This document shows, piece after piece, positions 43,528-59,276 of a stretch of DNA of 64,000 nucleotides. A model generated the notes under the pieces. The model was not told where the DNA came from. It did no database searches and saw only the letters and a program-made list of their open reading frames with translations. The DNA comes from Eledone cirrhosa (Eukaryota), in assembly GCA_964016885.1 (NCBI GenBank), contig OZ024755.1, forward strand, positions 14,570,001-14,634,000, in the 5' to 3' direction. Positions within the stretch are counted from its first letter, which is position 1, and each line of letters starts with the position of its first letter. The translations under genes and the position numbers were made by a program.

Positions 43528-46482
43528 ATCATCATCATCATCATCATCAACGTTTAACGTCCGTGTTCCACGCTTGCATGGGTTTGGACGGGGGTAGTCC
43601 CACTTGAGGCAAGAGTGATTGTCTTGCTCGCATAGGACTGTCTGGCAGGTTTTCTACAGTTGGATGCCCTTCCTAACACCAACCACATTTACAGTGTGGG
43701 TCTGGGAGGTTTTTACCGTGTTGCCTACACGGCCACATTACAGCGTGGACTGTGTGTTTTTTTGTCGTGACACCTACACGATCTCATTTGTTTCGGCCTC
43801 GATGGCGCGGCACCAACATAACTTTACATAGAACGGGGTGGTGTGGATCGGGTGGAGTTGGTGGTGGTGGGACGGGGTGTATTTTGTTAGAGATGCCTAC
43901 TGGCTGGAGTAGGTTTTACTATATATTTAGGTAAGGCGGGTCTTCTCTGTTACTGAGTACCGCCAAAGGTCTCGGTCCAGTGACATTGTCTTGGAGAGGT
44001 GTAAGTGTGTGATGTCGGAGTTTATCAGCTCGTCCCAGGTTTTTCTAGGTCTGCCTATTCCGTGACTACCGTCTATCTTTATTGCCCTGCACTTTGTTAT
44101 ACAGCTATCGACTTTCATGCGCATCACGTGTCCATACCAACGTAGCCTTCTCTCGAGTAAACAACATCTGATCCCTCTTATCTCTAATTTTTTCCTTAGT
44201 TCGTTTATGCTTTGCCGTTCACGTATATTACTGTTACACATCCAGCGGAGCATGCAAGCTTCGTTCCTCTCTAGTCTGCGTATATCCTCTGCACACAATG
44301 CCCAGGTCTCACTGCCATGCAGCATTGCTGTTCGTATGCAGGCATCGTACAACCTGCCTTTCATTTTTAGTGAGAACCCTTTAGCAGCTAATAGTGGTAT
44401 AAGCTCTCTGAACTTTTTCCAACCAGTTCTGACTCTAGCTACAGTACTTTCAGAGCACCCTCCCCCACTGCTGATTTTATCGCCCAGGTAACGGAAGCTG
44501 TCCACTATTTCTATAGAACCCTCTGCGCAATTGAAAGAGCTAGTAGTTTGTGGGCACTTGCTGCTACTTATTGCACCAGAGCACCGGCCACATGTAAAAT
44601 CTATGTTCTTAGTTAGCTTACCTGTGATCCCACTACATCTTTTATGCACCCATACTTTGCATTTAGGACATAAAATGGAGTTTCTACCTACGCCTTTCCT
44701 ACACACCGAGCACGACCATTTCCCAGAAGGGACCGCCGCCTTGTTTTCTTTCCTACAAACTAGTACTTTGGTCTTAGCCAGGTTAATTTTAAGTCCTTTT
44801 GACTCTAGGCCGTGCTTCCATGTTTGGAATTTCTTCTCTAGCTCGGCCATTGATTCCGCTATGAGTGTCAGGTCGTCTGCGTATAGGAGTTCCCATGGGC
44901 AGCCTGTCTTGAACTCCTCTGTTATAGCCTGAAGGGCAATAATAAATAGTAGTGGACTGAGAACAGAGCCCTGATGGACGCCAACTTTTACGCTAAACTC
45001 TTCACTATATTCGTTGTTAATTCTAACCTTGCTCACTGTTTCTTTATACATGGCTTGTATAGCCCTCACAAGCCATTCGTCAACGCCTAGTTTTCTAAGA
45101 GCCCACCAGATAATGGAGCGGGGGACTCTGTCGAAGGCTTTCTCCAAGTCGACAAAAGCTAAGTAGAGGGGTTTACCTTTAGCTAGGTACTTCTCCTGTA
45201 GTTGTCGTACTATGAAAAGAGCGTCTGTGGTACTTTTGCCTGACACAAACCCGAACTGCATTTCATCTAGGTCAATTCTCTCTCTGATTAGTTGCGCTAT
45301 TACTCTTTCCGTGACCTTCATGACCTGGTCGATTAATTTAATGCCTCTATAGTTACTCCTATCTAGGGCGTCTCCTTTACCCTTATAACAGTTAACGATG
45401 ATGCTGCTATGCCAGTCCTTCGGAACAACCCCATTCTGTACGACTTGGTTAACTATGCGGGTGACCATGGTGTGTCCCACCGTGCCAGATGCCTTCAGCA
45501 TCTCAGCAACTATTTCCGAAGGCCCAGCCGCCTTACCAGTCTTCATATCCTTGATTGCCTTACTTATTATACTCCCCTCGACTAACACTGCTGGTCCCTC
45601 TATTGGGTCGATATGGGGGAGACTGCCTTTCTCCCAATTATTCTCCTCATTTAGAAGCCTTTCATAGTGACACTTCCAAGCTACCTTCTTATCAGCGTCG
45701 GTGATGGCAAGTGTGCCATCGTCGTTTAGTACACACTTCTCCCCGACAATATCACGGTTTTCCTTGACGCATTGCCTAGCAATCCTGAACACCTCACGTT
45801 TTTGGTCATCGCGTTGTAGAACATGCTTGAACTTTCTTTCCTCAGCTTCCCTTCTTGCTAAGTACACTTGTCTCCTAGCTTCCCTCCTGGCCACTTGATA
45901 GTCCTCTCTACTTCCCCCATCCCGCCATACTTTCCAAGCCTGCTTTTTGGCCTTAATTGACCCCTCCACCTTACTGTTCCACCACCATGTTACTCTCCTC
46001 CTGCCTACAGGCCTGCTCCAGCCACAGACCTCGTCTGTCGCCAACAGCAGGTTTGCTTTCAGAAATTCCCACTCTCCCTCTATATTGTCCGACTCTAAAT
46101 GTTATTCCTTACTGTCGAAAGCATCAAGTAATATGCTTTGAAATTTATTCCTGGCTGTGGGGTCCTTTAGCTTCCATATTTTCCTCCTGAGGATAGTCCT
46201 CTTCTGTTGTCGAGTACGTCTCGTCCTGACTATGAGGTCGCTAATTATCAGTCTATGTTGGGAGGTGCATTCTTCATGGGGGAGGGATTTAGTGTTAACA
46301 ACAGACACTCTGTCACGTCTTCTGGTAAGGATATAATCTACCTGGCTTGTGTGTTCCCCGGATCTATAGGTGATCAGGTGATTGTCACGTTTTTTGAAGT
46401 TAGTGTTACAGATAGTTAGGTTATTTGCATCACAGAATTCCAGGATTCTGGCGCCTTCCTCATTTCTAGTACCAAACCCATA
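43528..46482 (-). mobile_element. 5'-truncated RTE-clade LINE with (GAT)n tail
   Basis: The minus strand ends CGGACGTTAAACGTT(GAT)n. The 3' UTR region contains GGATGCCCTTCCTAACACCAACC (+ strand). Coding region 43927-46482. Confidence 0.93.
43927..46482 (-). pseudogene. RTE ORF: C-terminal part of APE endonuclease plus reverse transcriptase with embedded PHD finger; one in-frame TAA at 46102-46104
   Basis: EN motifs [22 protein letters not shown] and SQHRL. RT motifs NYRGIKL, QFGF, FVDLEKAFDRV, GVHQGSVLSPLLF, LLYADD (YADD 44872-44883) and FRYLG. ORFs 46102..46308 and 43927..46044 are in the same frame. Confidence 0.92.
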
Positions 46483-47251
46483 ATATATATATATATATAC
46501 ATGTATATGTATATATATATATATATATACATGTATATATATATATACATGTATATATATATATATATATACATGTATATATATATATATACATGTTTAT
46601 ATATATATATACATATACATGTATATATATATATATACATGTATATATATATATATATATACATGTATATATATATATATACATGTGTATATATATATAT
46701 ATACATGTTTATATATATATATACATATACATGTATATATATATATATATACATGTTTATATATATATATATATACATGTATATATATATATATGTACAT
46801 GTTTATATATATATATATTCATGTATATATATATATATACATGTATATATATATATATACATGTATATGTATATATATATGTAGGAGATGAGTTTGTATA
46901 TATGATATTTGTTTTTGAAATGGGCATAATAAAATACATGGAACTCTTTTAACCATCTTTTGATCTTATATATTATGTATATATATATGTATATATATGT
47001 ATATATTATGTATATATATATGTATATATATATATGTATATATACATGTATATATATATATGTATATATATATATGTATATATACATGTATATATATATG
47101 TATATATATATATATAGACATACATACATGTATATATATATGTATATATATATATATATAGACATACATACATGTATATATATATGTATATATATATATA
47201 TATAGACATACATACATGTATATATATATGTATATATATATATATAGACAT

Positions 47252-47294
<43 letters not shown>

Positions 47295-47306
47295 TACATA
47301 CATGTA

Positions 47307-47372
47307 TGGGTTATTATTTCACTGAGGAACTGGAATCATATGATCCCAGTTCCTCAGTGAAATAACAACCCA
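47307..47372. repeat. 66-bp palindrome at the head of an HHR-bearing island
   Basis: TGGGTTATTATTTCACTGAGGAACTGGAATCAT|ATGATCCCAGTTCCTCAGTGAAATAACAACCCA. Confidence 0.9.
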
Positions 47373-47454
47373 ACCAGGAACTGGACATATCAGAGTATTG
47401 ACAAAATTATACACCTCAACAACATATGTACTTGTCTATACCACACTAATTCGG

Positions 47455-47509
47455 ACTGCCTGAAGAGGTCACAGACAAAGATGGCTGTCACCGAAATATA
47501 TATAGCAGT
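47455..47509 (+). ncRNA. Minimal type-I hammerhead ribozyme
   Basis: ACTGC-CTGAAGA-GGTCACAG...CTGTCACC-GAAA-TATAT-ATA/GCAGT, then AATAAA. Intact core, palindromic stem III. Confidence 0.82.
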
Positions 47510-47657
47510 AATAAACGAAGCAAAATTTTAAACATTTGACTTATTTATTTTACTTTATTTTACATTACTCCGGAGTAACTAAACCAACCTGCGCACTTCG
47601 TCGAGTGCTCCAGCCTGCATACTGAGGTGTTGGTATACAACGAACATATACTCAAAA

Positions 47658-47691
<34 letters not shown>

Positions 47692-48890
47692 AATATATAC
47701 ACATGTATATACAAATTTATATATAGACATATATATATATATATATAGACATATATATATATATATATATTGTACCATACAAAAAATGCGAAACAAAACC
47801 AAATATGTGCGTATGTATAGATCTCAGGTGCGGATGCTGTGTGTGAGCTTCTATATGTATAACAGACTTTTTGTATCTTCTTATTTTATCTTTTCTTCCT
47901 TTGACGATGCAGCGCGCGAAGTTTGCAGGAATAACAATCGCTTGCCTCGAAACTTCAGATTGCTAATGCTGCAATTGTTAAACTTAACAAACCAATGACA
48001 CAATATGACAGACATCTAGCGAACTGGGGAGATACCATGCTGGTATACATGTAGCTAGACTATATATTATGTGTGTTTACAATAAGTGTTGAATCTGCTG
48101 TAATTTTCTTGCAACAGTCAGCCATATTTTTAATGAATTTTAATGGAATGTTACACATCGAAAATACATTAAAATTTATTGTCGTCGGTTTATACAAGTA
48201 CATATCCATATTTACATACATACATACATTTATACATATATACACACGCACAGAGACACACATATATATGTATGTATAAGTATGTATATAAATCTCTCTC
48301 TTTCTCACTCTCTCTCTATATATATATGTATATATATATACACACACACATCTAAATAAACTGATACAAACACATACGCAAATATGCATATATATATTAT
48401 AAATACTCAAATTGATACATGTTTGTTTACGATATTACGGAACCACTCACACATTGACATATACATAACACGTAATACATGTATGCATGTATGAATATAT
48501 GTACGTATGCATGTCTGCATGTATGATACGTGAGTACGTCCACTATCCTGTCTCCTGAACAAATAAAATGCACTATATACATTGAATACTGTTTATTCTC
48601 ATTTATACACATATACACAAACACACACACACATATATATATATATACATGCACATATACATATGTATATATATCTATATAAATACATATTCACACATTT
48701 ATATATATATATATATATATATATGCATGCGCATGAACGCGTGTTTAATCATATACACGTGACATAAATTTGTTTGTACACACATATATTGAATATACAC
48801 ATCAACACACGAACATGCCATGCACATGCCGAGTGTATGCATTTATATGTAAATGAATGTAGAAGAATGTGTGCATAGTAGTAGTAGTAG

Positions 48891-48931
<41 letters not shown>

Positions 48932-49129
48932 ATAATAATATTAATAATAATAATATGTTATCCATAGCTCCCCCACAGCCATACATGCGTATATATACAC
49001 ACATAGAACAACATACACTATTTTCCACACATCAATTTATTATTAATACCCGAATGAATATGACTTGTTCATAAATAACCAATCGGCGTTTCTCATCGAA
49101 AGTTGTTGGCAAGCCGCCATAGCTTTACT

Positions 49130-49430
49130 ATAACACATCATCACCGTCATTTAGTCAATTACACCACCATTACCTAGTCTTTACTACACCACACCATTGC
49201 TGTCATATAATCAACTTGTACTAACCACAACACACCATCACCGTCGTTTAGTCAACACACCACCATTACCCAGTCTTTACTACACCACGCCAACACTGTG
49301 ATATAACCAACTACAGCATCACCACCTCGAACTAACTGTAACACACCATCACCATCGTTTAGTCAACCACACCACCATTACCTAGTCTTTACTACACCAC
49401 ACCATCACTGTCATATAACCACCTCCAACA
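49130..49430 (+). repeat. ~105-bp tandem repeat x3
   Basis: Recurrent CATCACC.TC.TTTAGTCAA...CACCACCATTACC.AGTCTTTACTACACCAC. Confidence 0.8.
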
Positions 49431-49859
49431 TCACAATTACTTCACCTTATATCCCCCCCACCGTCTCCGTCATAGCTTCACCACCCCATACCATCTTCGA
49501 CATCTAGACATCTGCACGTTCATCGTCATCTCATCACCCCCATCTTCACTGTCATGCGTCCACTACACCACACCATCACCATTTATATCTAGTCACTCGC
49601 ACCACTATCACGTTGGCTTCACTAAACCACAAAACCGTCGTCATCTTGTCTCTACAGCACATCATAACCGTCATTTAGTCGCCCCACCATCTAGCCACCT
49701 TCACCATCACTGTCCTCACAAAAGCCCCATCGTCATATTCTTTGTGCATAGTACCCCACTGTACTCACGAAATACACTACACCATCACCAAACTAGACAA
49801 CCAGATTCTAAACAGCATGTCCTAACCAGTAACATCTCTAACAAATCTACACTACTACC

Positions 49860-51620
<1,761 letters not shown>

Positions 51621-51850
51621 AATTGCTATAAAACAATAGCAACAATAATAACAATAGCAAAAACACTATGAAACAAAGGCAACATATAAAACATAAAGTA
51701 AAGAAAGACGAGAACGGAAAGCAAGTTGCAACAGTGAATTGCTGAGGGAGGCCAGTGGCGGTAATAAGAGAAATAATTAGTTAAAAGCCTTAAAGATGAT
51801 GTGCAAACAGACCTTACGCTTTGATCTAAACCTAGTCAATTGTTGCATGA

Positions 51851-51921
<71 letters not shown>

Positions 51922-52302
51922 CGAGTGTGCGTGTGAGGGTGTGAGAAAGCGAGATAGAGAGTGTGTGTATTATGAGGGTGTGAGTGAGAAAGAGAGAGAG
52001 TGAGTATGTGTTTGTATTTATGTATGTATGTGTGTATTTATGTGTATATGTATGTATGCTTCCGTGTCCGCGCCTATTTGTGTGTGTATTTATATGAATG
52101 TGTGTTTGTGTTTGTATGTATGTATAACTATATATGTATATGTGTATGTATGTATGTATGTATGTATGTATGTATGTATGTATATCGGTTCTCACAACAC
52201 ATAGTTCACTGGTTTTAACAAGCTGCCCACAGGTCGTATTGGAATAAAGAGAGAATTGAAGGCTTCGTCTCTTCTGAATTACTGACTATATAACATGTAT
52301 AT

Positions 52303-52640
52303 TTAACCCTTTTAATACCAAATCACCTGAAACAACACATGAATCTATAATAGAAAACGTTTATTTTAAAGTGTTTATATTTATCTAAAAATCTTCCATT
52401 AAGAATTTATGTAAGATCCGTCATTAAAACATTTCGTATCGAAACTCATGAAACCAACCCTGTTAAGCCACTGTTCGTATTATAATGTATATATTTTTTG
52501 TTAAGATTTCCACCATAATTTTATGTAAGAACCATCTAATTAATGAGACGGTTTTTATATTACAATATAACTCTATTTTCTTGATTATTTTCAAAATCAT
52601 TCGAATCTTTCATTAGAAATGTGGTGACAAAAGAGTTTAA
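52303..52640. mobile_element. Degenerate TTAA-flanked (piggyBac-like) MITE
   Basis: Imperfect TIRs: TTAA-CCCTTTTAATACCA ... TGGTGACAAAAGAG(T)-TTAA. Confidence 0.45.
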
Positions 52641-53393
52641 CATATTTGATACTCATCTACGTAGTCGCTCGGTTTGCTAGAAATAAAATTTAAGAAAGAA
52701 AACCTTTGTTTTTAAGGAAGGACACTTTGGATAATTCCTGTCCAGATATTGTTTTTATCTACTGTTTGAGTGAAAGATGGGGAGGCATTAACCCCGCTAC
52801 TTTTCTGACCCTCTCAGACAATTGGATGTGAGGAAGAAAGTATCCTCAAACTGCAGACTTAGTCTAGAGGGTTTTATCTCTGAAGACCTATTGCTGTCTA
52901 GCTTTCATAAGAGTTTCTTATCACAATTAGCCGACTAGCCGTCTGTTCCGATGAGAAAACAATTGAAACACTCCTCGTCAGAATCGATGGAGATCCAGCA
53001 CAAATAGACGCGTATGTTATCTATATAATTAATGAGAGAATTTAATGAAATCCTGGTTGTGTCTGCTCGTAGTAATTATATACAAAAGATCACCGAGAAC
53101 GAGAATTAAGTGTCGTGAGGTTTGGACAAAGAGTATCGTCATTCAGATAACAGGAAATATCAACATGTCAGCCAATAGTTCAACAAACCATTGTCTCGAT
53201 TAACAGCAACTTTCACCATTGCTATAGTATCAGAAGATCGGATACTTCATCTATAAAGTTAGCTGAAATGAGTGGAGTAGATAGATGTGGGTGTATGTGT
53301 TAGAGACTATTTGGTTTGGCGCTAGATACCTAGAGAGACCAAGCTGGAAAGATGGAGTAGTTAGTCAGACTCACACACATACTCACACAGACT

Positions 53394-53468
<75 letters not shown>

Positions 53469-54310
53469 ATATATGTGCGCGCGATATAATAGATATTTAA
53501 TACTCTAATATATATATATACATATATATATATATGCATGTATCTTCTGGTGATGTGCCTATATTTATCTGTCAATATATCAATCAATCTACCTATCATT
53601 AAATCTCGCTCTCCTTCCTTGGCTGTCTTTATCTATATATATATTTATGTATATGGAAGTATGAGTATATGTATGTATAATATAGAGAGGAAATACGTTG
53701 GATGAAGACTTAGATGAATAATGTGTGTGTGATGTGTGTGCGTGTGCAAATGTGTGTTCATATGTATCCGTACTCATGTATTTCTCTTTGTATGTGTGAG
53801 AGCAAATTGTAAACGAATAAATATCTGCCCACACAGATGCAAACACACACACACACGGGCACACACACACACACATATATATATATGTATGCACACAACT
53901 GTTAGTGAAAGAGAGGAAACACTTGCAAGCACACCCATATAAGTGAATAAGAAGAATTATACACATGCAGACACACATACTCATATATTCATACAAAGGT
54001 GAAAACACACGCATGTAGGCCCAAACAAACACACTTATTTATATACGCATACACTAGGGAAAGAAAGCATACGCACGCAAACACACACACACACACCGAG
54101 CAACACATACATTCAAAGGGAAAAAAAAAGAAGTCGTACAGCTTTTCTACATCATAAAGCTTTTATGAAGTCCCTGGCTTCCCCTAAAACGGTTGGTGAC
54201 TAATTTGCAGGTAGTGTTATGTTGTATGTGAGGAGGGGGGGGGGGTATTTTCTATCTATATTTCTCTCCCCTTTCTCTCTTTATATATGCATTTGTATAT
54301 GTATACATAC

Positions 54311-54376
<66 letters not shown>

Positions 54377-54514
54377 GTTTGTGTTTGTATCTGTGTATGC
54401 TTGAATATAAATGCATGTGTAAGTGTGTACATATATACATATGTTCATGTACATATCATATGAATATATATATATGTATATATATGTATTTATATATATA
54501 CAAACATTTGAATG

Positions 54515-54554
<40 letters not shown>

Positions 54555-56360
54555 CATACATAAATACAAACACACAGACGCAGACAAACATACATACACG
54601 CACAGGAACATGCAAATATATGTATATATATGCGCTAACATATTGCTATGCTTTAGTTATAATGAATAGCTTAATAATTTTTTCTTTATTTCAAAATTTC
54701 TCCAGGCTGTTACTAGGTCCAATGGCGCGGCGTAGTAGTATATTTATGGCGTTTAAATGTTGTATGCTTAGATTGAAGTCAACGGTGAACTTGTATGCGA
54801 TTGTGTAGAGGAGGATCGGGAAGCGAATGAGATAAACAAGCACAGGATGTATTGGATAGTTCGGTAAATCGTTAAAATCAATGCATATTGCATACTTAAA
54901 GGATGAAGAGACCTAAAGACGTAGGATCAAGTCTTAATTTATAGCGAAACCGACACACGCTTGTACGCACTATGTTATGTTGAATGTTCTAGAAATGACT
55001 TGAAGTTTGAATGAATATATGCATCTATGTGAGAGTGTTTGAATGCGTTTGTATATATGTGAGTGTGTATCTGTGTATATGTGTTGTATGTGCTTGTGCG
55101 TTTCAGTATATATGTGTGTATATGTGTTTCTGCACTTTCTGGTATGATTTGAAAACTGAAGGAATATGTATGCATGTATTTGTGTATATGTGTTGTGTGT
55201 GCATGCGTGTTTCAGTATATATGTGTCTCTATATGTATATGTGTTTCTGCGCTTGGTGGTATGATTTGAAAACTGAAGGAATATGTATGCATGTACTAGT
55301 GTATGTCTATGTATATGTGTGTATGTGTTGTGTGTGTGTGTATGTGTTGTGTGTGTGTGTGCGCGTATGAGTATATATGTGTATTTGTGTGTATATGTGT
55401 GTGTCTATACTAGTATATGCGTGTGCTGGTAAGATTCGAAAACTGAAGGAATATGTGTGTGTGTTTATGTTTGCTGTATATAATGTGTATAATTTGCCTG
55501 AGTGTATGCATGTTTTGTGTTTTGGTAGTGTGTATGTGTGTGTATGTGTTGTGCGTGCGTTCGTATTAATATATATGTCTCAGTGTGTGTGTTTATATGT
55601 CTGTATGCATGTGTATATTTTGTGTTTATGTGTTCTGGTATAATTTGAAGATTGGGTAATAATATGTCTTTATGTATGTGTACACGTGTGTATAACTACG
55701 TGAATGTGTGTACGTGTGAGACTCTGTGTGTGTGCATATTTCTATATGGGTGTGTTCTTGAATGGTTTGAAGATGGAAGGAATGCCTATGCCTGCGTATA
55801 TATGTGTATATGTGTGTCTATATGTAGGAGTATGTGCGTATAGTTGAGTGTCTGAGAGTGTTCTAGAATGGCTTCAAGATTGAGTGGATATATGTGTGTG
55901 TCTATATGTGTATCTGTGTAAATGTGTATGTGGATATAATGTGTACAAGACTTGAAGATTCAGTGAATATATGTGAGTGTGTCTGGATGTCTGTGTTTAT
56001 ACTCGTGTATGTGTGTGCGTGTATATGTCTGATTATATATGTGTAATTGTATGTGTTTGAATGTGTGTGTGAGTGTGATTGAATGTGCGTTTGTGGTAGC
56101 GTATGTGTGAGAATGCATGTGTGTGTGAATGTATGCGTCTGGATGCGTTTGTATGCGTGTATGTATGTGAATGTATATGTCTTTACATGTGTGTTGTTTT
56201 GTAGAGGTGGTAGTGGAGCAAACAGAGAAGGATTTCTTAAGTATTTCCCTGAATTCTGATAGCGAACAAATGGCGGTGGCAGCTTTGTTGCAAACTGTAT
56301 AGAAGTTGTTAATGGTGGAACAGATGTAAGAGTGGGTAAAATAAATGGAATGTGTACAGA

Positions 56361-56480
56361 CACACGATGGATCCCCGTCGGTTTCGACGATGAGGGTTCT
56401 TCGATCAACGGAACAACATGCTCATGAAATTAACGTGTAATAAGTTGAAGATTCCACAGACACGTGTACACATTTCAATG
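56361..56480 (+). mobile_element. Second SINE-like repeat fragment
   Basis: CCGTCGGTTTCGACGATGAGGGTTC...GATCAACGGAACA..TGCTCATGAAATTAACGTG...CCACAGACACGTGTAC; homolog at 22.6 kb. Confidence 0.5.
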
Positions 56481-56804
56481 TGTATTTGTATGGAGATGTC
56501 AACATGAATTGACCTGTTACTTTTATCTAACATGTTTTCCAATTCCACCCCGCCCGTCCCTTCAATCTATCTCATTTCTCATTCTTTCTTTTGATGAAGA
56601 ACTAGCTTCCGAAACGTTAAGACCCTCTTCCTGCTATTTCAAGCGTTAACCTAATATATTCCTTCCATATACTGTACCGATTCTGTTGTTATTTTTGTTT
56701 ACATTTAACACACACAAACACACACACGCACACGCACACGCACACACGCACGCGCGCGCATATATATACATACATATATATATATACACATATATATATA
56801 TATA

Positions 56805-56948
56805 GCAATAATAATACATTTGAAGACTAAAATCCAAAGAGGGTTCGATAAGGATAAATATATATCAAATATATAAGAACCCTACATCCCGTTAAGGGTG
56901 AAAGCAGTGATTCTTTGTTTAAACTTTAATCTGTTATTTTAATAAATA
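56805..56948 (+). mobile_element. Second copy of the 31.5-kb repeat, lacking the left palindrome arm
   Basis: Near-identical flanks; AAGAACCCTA is joined directly to CATCCCGTTAAGGGTGAAAG. Confidence 0.8.
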
Positions 56949-56949
56949 A

Positions 56950-56996
<47 letters not shown>

Positions 56997-57111
56997 CATA
57001 TATATATATATACATATATATATATACATATATATATACACATATATATATATATATATACACATACATATATATATACATATATATATATACACATACA
57101 TATATATATAC

Positions 57112-57244
<133 letters not shown>

Positions 57245-57280
57245 CACACATACACACATATATATATATATATATATATA

Positions 57281-57320
<40 letters not shown>

Positions 57321-57443
57321 TATATATATATATATATATATGCATATATACACATGCATATATATATATATGCATATATATATATATATATATATATGCA
57401 TATATACACATGCATATATATATATATATATATATACACATAC

Positions 57444-57486
<43 letters not shown>

Positions 57487-57534
57487 AACAAAGAAAATAG
57501 ATCACCAACGTTCAACAATCAATACATTATTTAT

Positions 57535-57605
57535 TTGATCTACGCATGTTTCACTCTCTGAAGATATTATTTACAATATCCTTATAGACTTATCATCAGG
57601 ATCAA
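57535..57605 (-). ncRNA. Hammerhead ribozyme motif (stem II base decayed)
   Basis: Minus strand: TTGATC-CTGATGA-...AGGATATTG-TAAA-TAATATCTT...-GAAA-CATGC-GTA/GATCAA. Confidence 0.65.
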
Positions 57606-58247
57606 TTATATATACAACGTATTAAGATATAAAACCCAGAACCTGATGATGACGATACGTATTCATCAACCATTTGGCCATGCTATAAACACTGTGTATA
57701 AAACACATAAAACAAATCTTCAAATGATAATCAACTCAAAGCCTAAAATAAAACAAAAAAAAAAAAGAGCAATATCAACAACAACAAAAATATCACGTCA
57801 TCAGTTGAAATGATGGTAATAGAAATAACATTACATACCTTCCCATCTCTGTAAAATATGACACATGCGCAGTGTCTCATCCCAATAGTTTTTCTTCTTC
57901 ATTTTTCTTGGTCTGATTACATAAATAATAAAAAAATAAGAACTATTAATTTGAGGTTTTGATGTTTCAACTAAAAAATGGAAAAGATCAATAAAATAAA
58001 ATAAAATAAAATAATAGAAATAAATAAATGACTGCAAAAACAACTAGACATTTTTGAACAAAAAAATATATTTTTCAGTATTAATCAAATCTTTAATGAG
58101 ATTTAGTTATTTTTCTGGAACGACAACAAAAATTGCAGGCATCACTGTATGTATGGGTTAGTGAGGTTGTGTGGTTTAGGGTTCCTTCAGCAAATAACTT
58201 CAACCATAACCTCGGATTTACCAATGTCTTCTGTGTATTATTTAGAG

Positions 58248-58431
58248 GGCGGTGGATTGGCAGTATCGGTAGAGGGTCGGACACCATGCTTTGTAGCATA
58301 GAGTTACGGCCCTTTATGATCTGAGTTCAAATCCCGCCGAGGTTAACCTTGCCTTTCATCCTTACGGGGTCGATAAAATAAAGTACCAGTAATGAACTGG
58401 ATTTTGCTGGCCTTGTGCCAAAAGTAGAAAC
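58248..58431 (+). mobile_element. SINE (Meta-like), best-preserved copy
   Basis: GGCGGTGGATTGGCAGTATCGGTAGAG...GAGTTCAAATCCCGCCGAGG...GCCTTTCATCCTTACGGGGTCGATAAAATAAAGTACCAG. Confidence 0.88.
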
Positions 58432-58689
58432 ATTTATTTAGTTGGCAGAAACTACAGAAACTCGTCACATATATATATATATTTATATGCTTGTATGCGT
58501 AGCCATGTCTATAGTTACGTTGATAATTGTGTTTATTCCCCGTAATTTAGGCTTTCGACAAAAATAAAGGTGAAAAATAGAGATCGATTAAATAAATACC
58601 AGGCATGAAAAAATAAATGCTAGAATCTATTATATCTCTCGTAAACGTATCTGACTTTAAGGTAAAAAGAAAATAAATGTTTCGTACGA

Positions 58690-59240
58690 TTTCAGGCTAA
58701 TTTGACGTACACACACTTATGGCAGCAATCCTTATACGTTTGAAAACACGTCTGGAATACATGGAATGGGTTTCAGCTCTTGCGTAGGAATCCCCATGTT
58801 ATACTCTCGGCTCTGAAAGCAGAAGTATCTGTCAGTGGCATCTTCATGTTTGGGAGGAGCCACAAGCTAGAAGGAGGCTCCCCTCAGGAAATGAGCAAAA
58901 TGCCTTTCCTTGCTAAGAAACCTTGGGTCAGCTACAACAAATGAACCAAGGCGTTGTCATGATGTAGCTACTAGTTTTGCGAGATCCACAGATCCGGTTT
59001 CTTGAGCCACACTGCATTACGAAGATATCGGCGGATTTACTAATGATACTCTTTTGTAACTGTTGTCTTTCTGTTGCATATTCATGAAGAACAATGTCTT
59101 AGTAGTCAGAGAAAACAATCATCATCCCATTGATATTGCTCTTGATATTGCTTTGTTGGGATATGGCGAATTTCACTGCATCTACTGTGATGATTGAGGG
59201 TTGATTTCCAGTTCGTACCCGTACATCCAGAGCTCAACTC
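58690..59240 (-). pseudogene. Decayed mariner (Tc1/mariner) transposase catalytic domain
   Basis: Minus-strand fragments ELWMYGYELEINPQSSQ*..SPYPNKA, MMIVFSDY*DIVLHEY, LRNAVWLKKPDLW, LHHDNA, WLLPNMK and HKCV match the mariner motifs GDETWVYGYDPETKxQSSQW, LHHDNA and DFWLFPKLK. Confidence 0.8.

Positions 59241-59276
<36 letters not shown>

Noticed and set aside
44117-46419. Plus-strand ORFs overlapping the RTE
   Set aside because: Antisense shadows of the RTE coding frame.
52945-52990. Possible hammerhead (CCGATGA...GAAAC...GTC)
   Set aside because: Stems I and II cannot be paired convincingly.
56190-56350. Possible exon after the TTTTGTAG acceptor, or minus-strand ORF 55902..56408
   Set aside because: All three plus frames stop within ~35 codons, there is no strong donor, and I recognise no domain.
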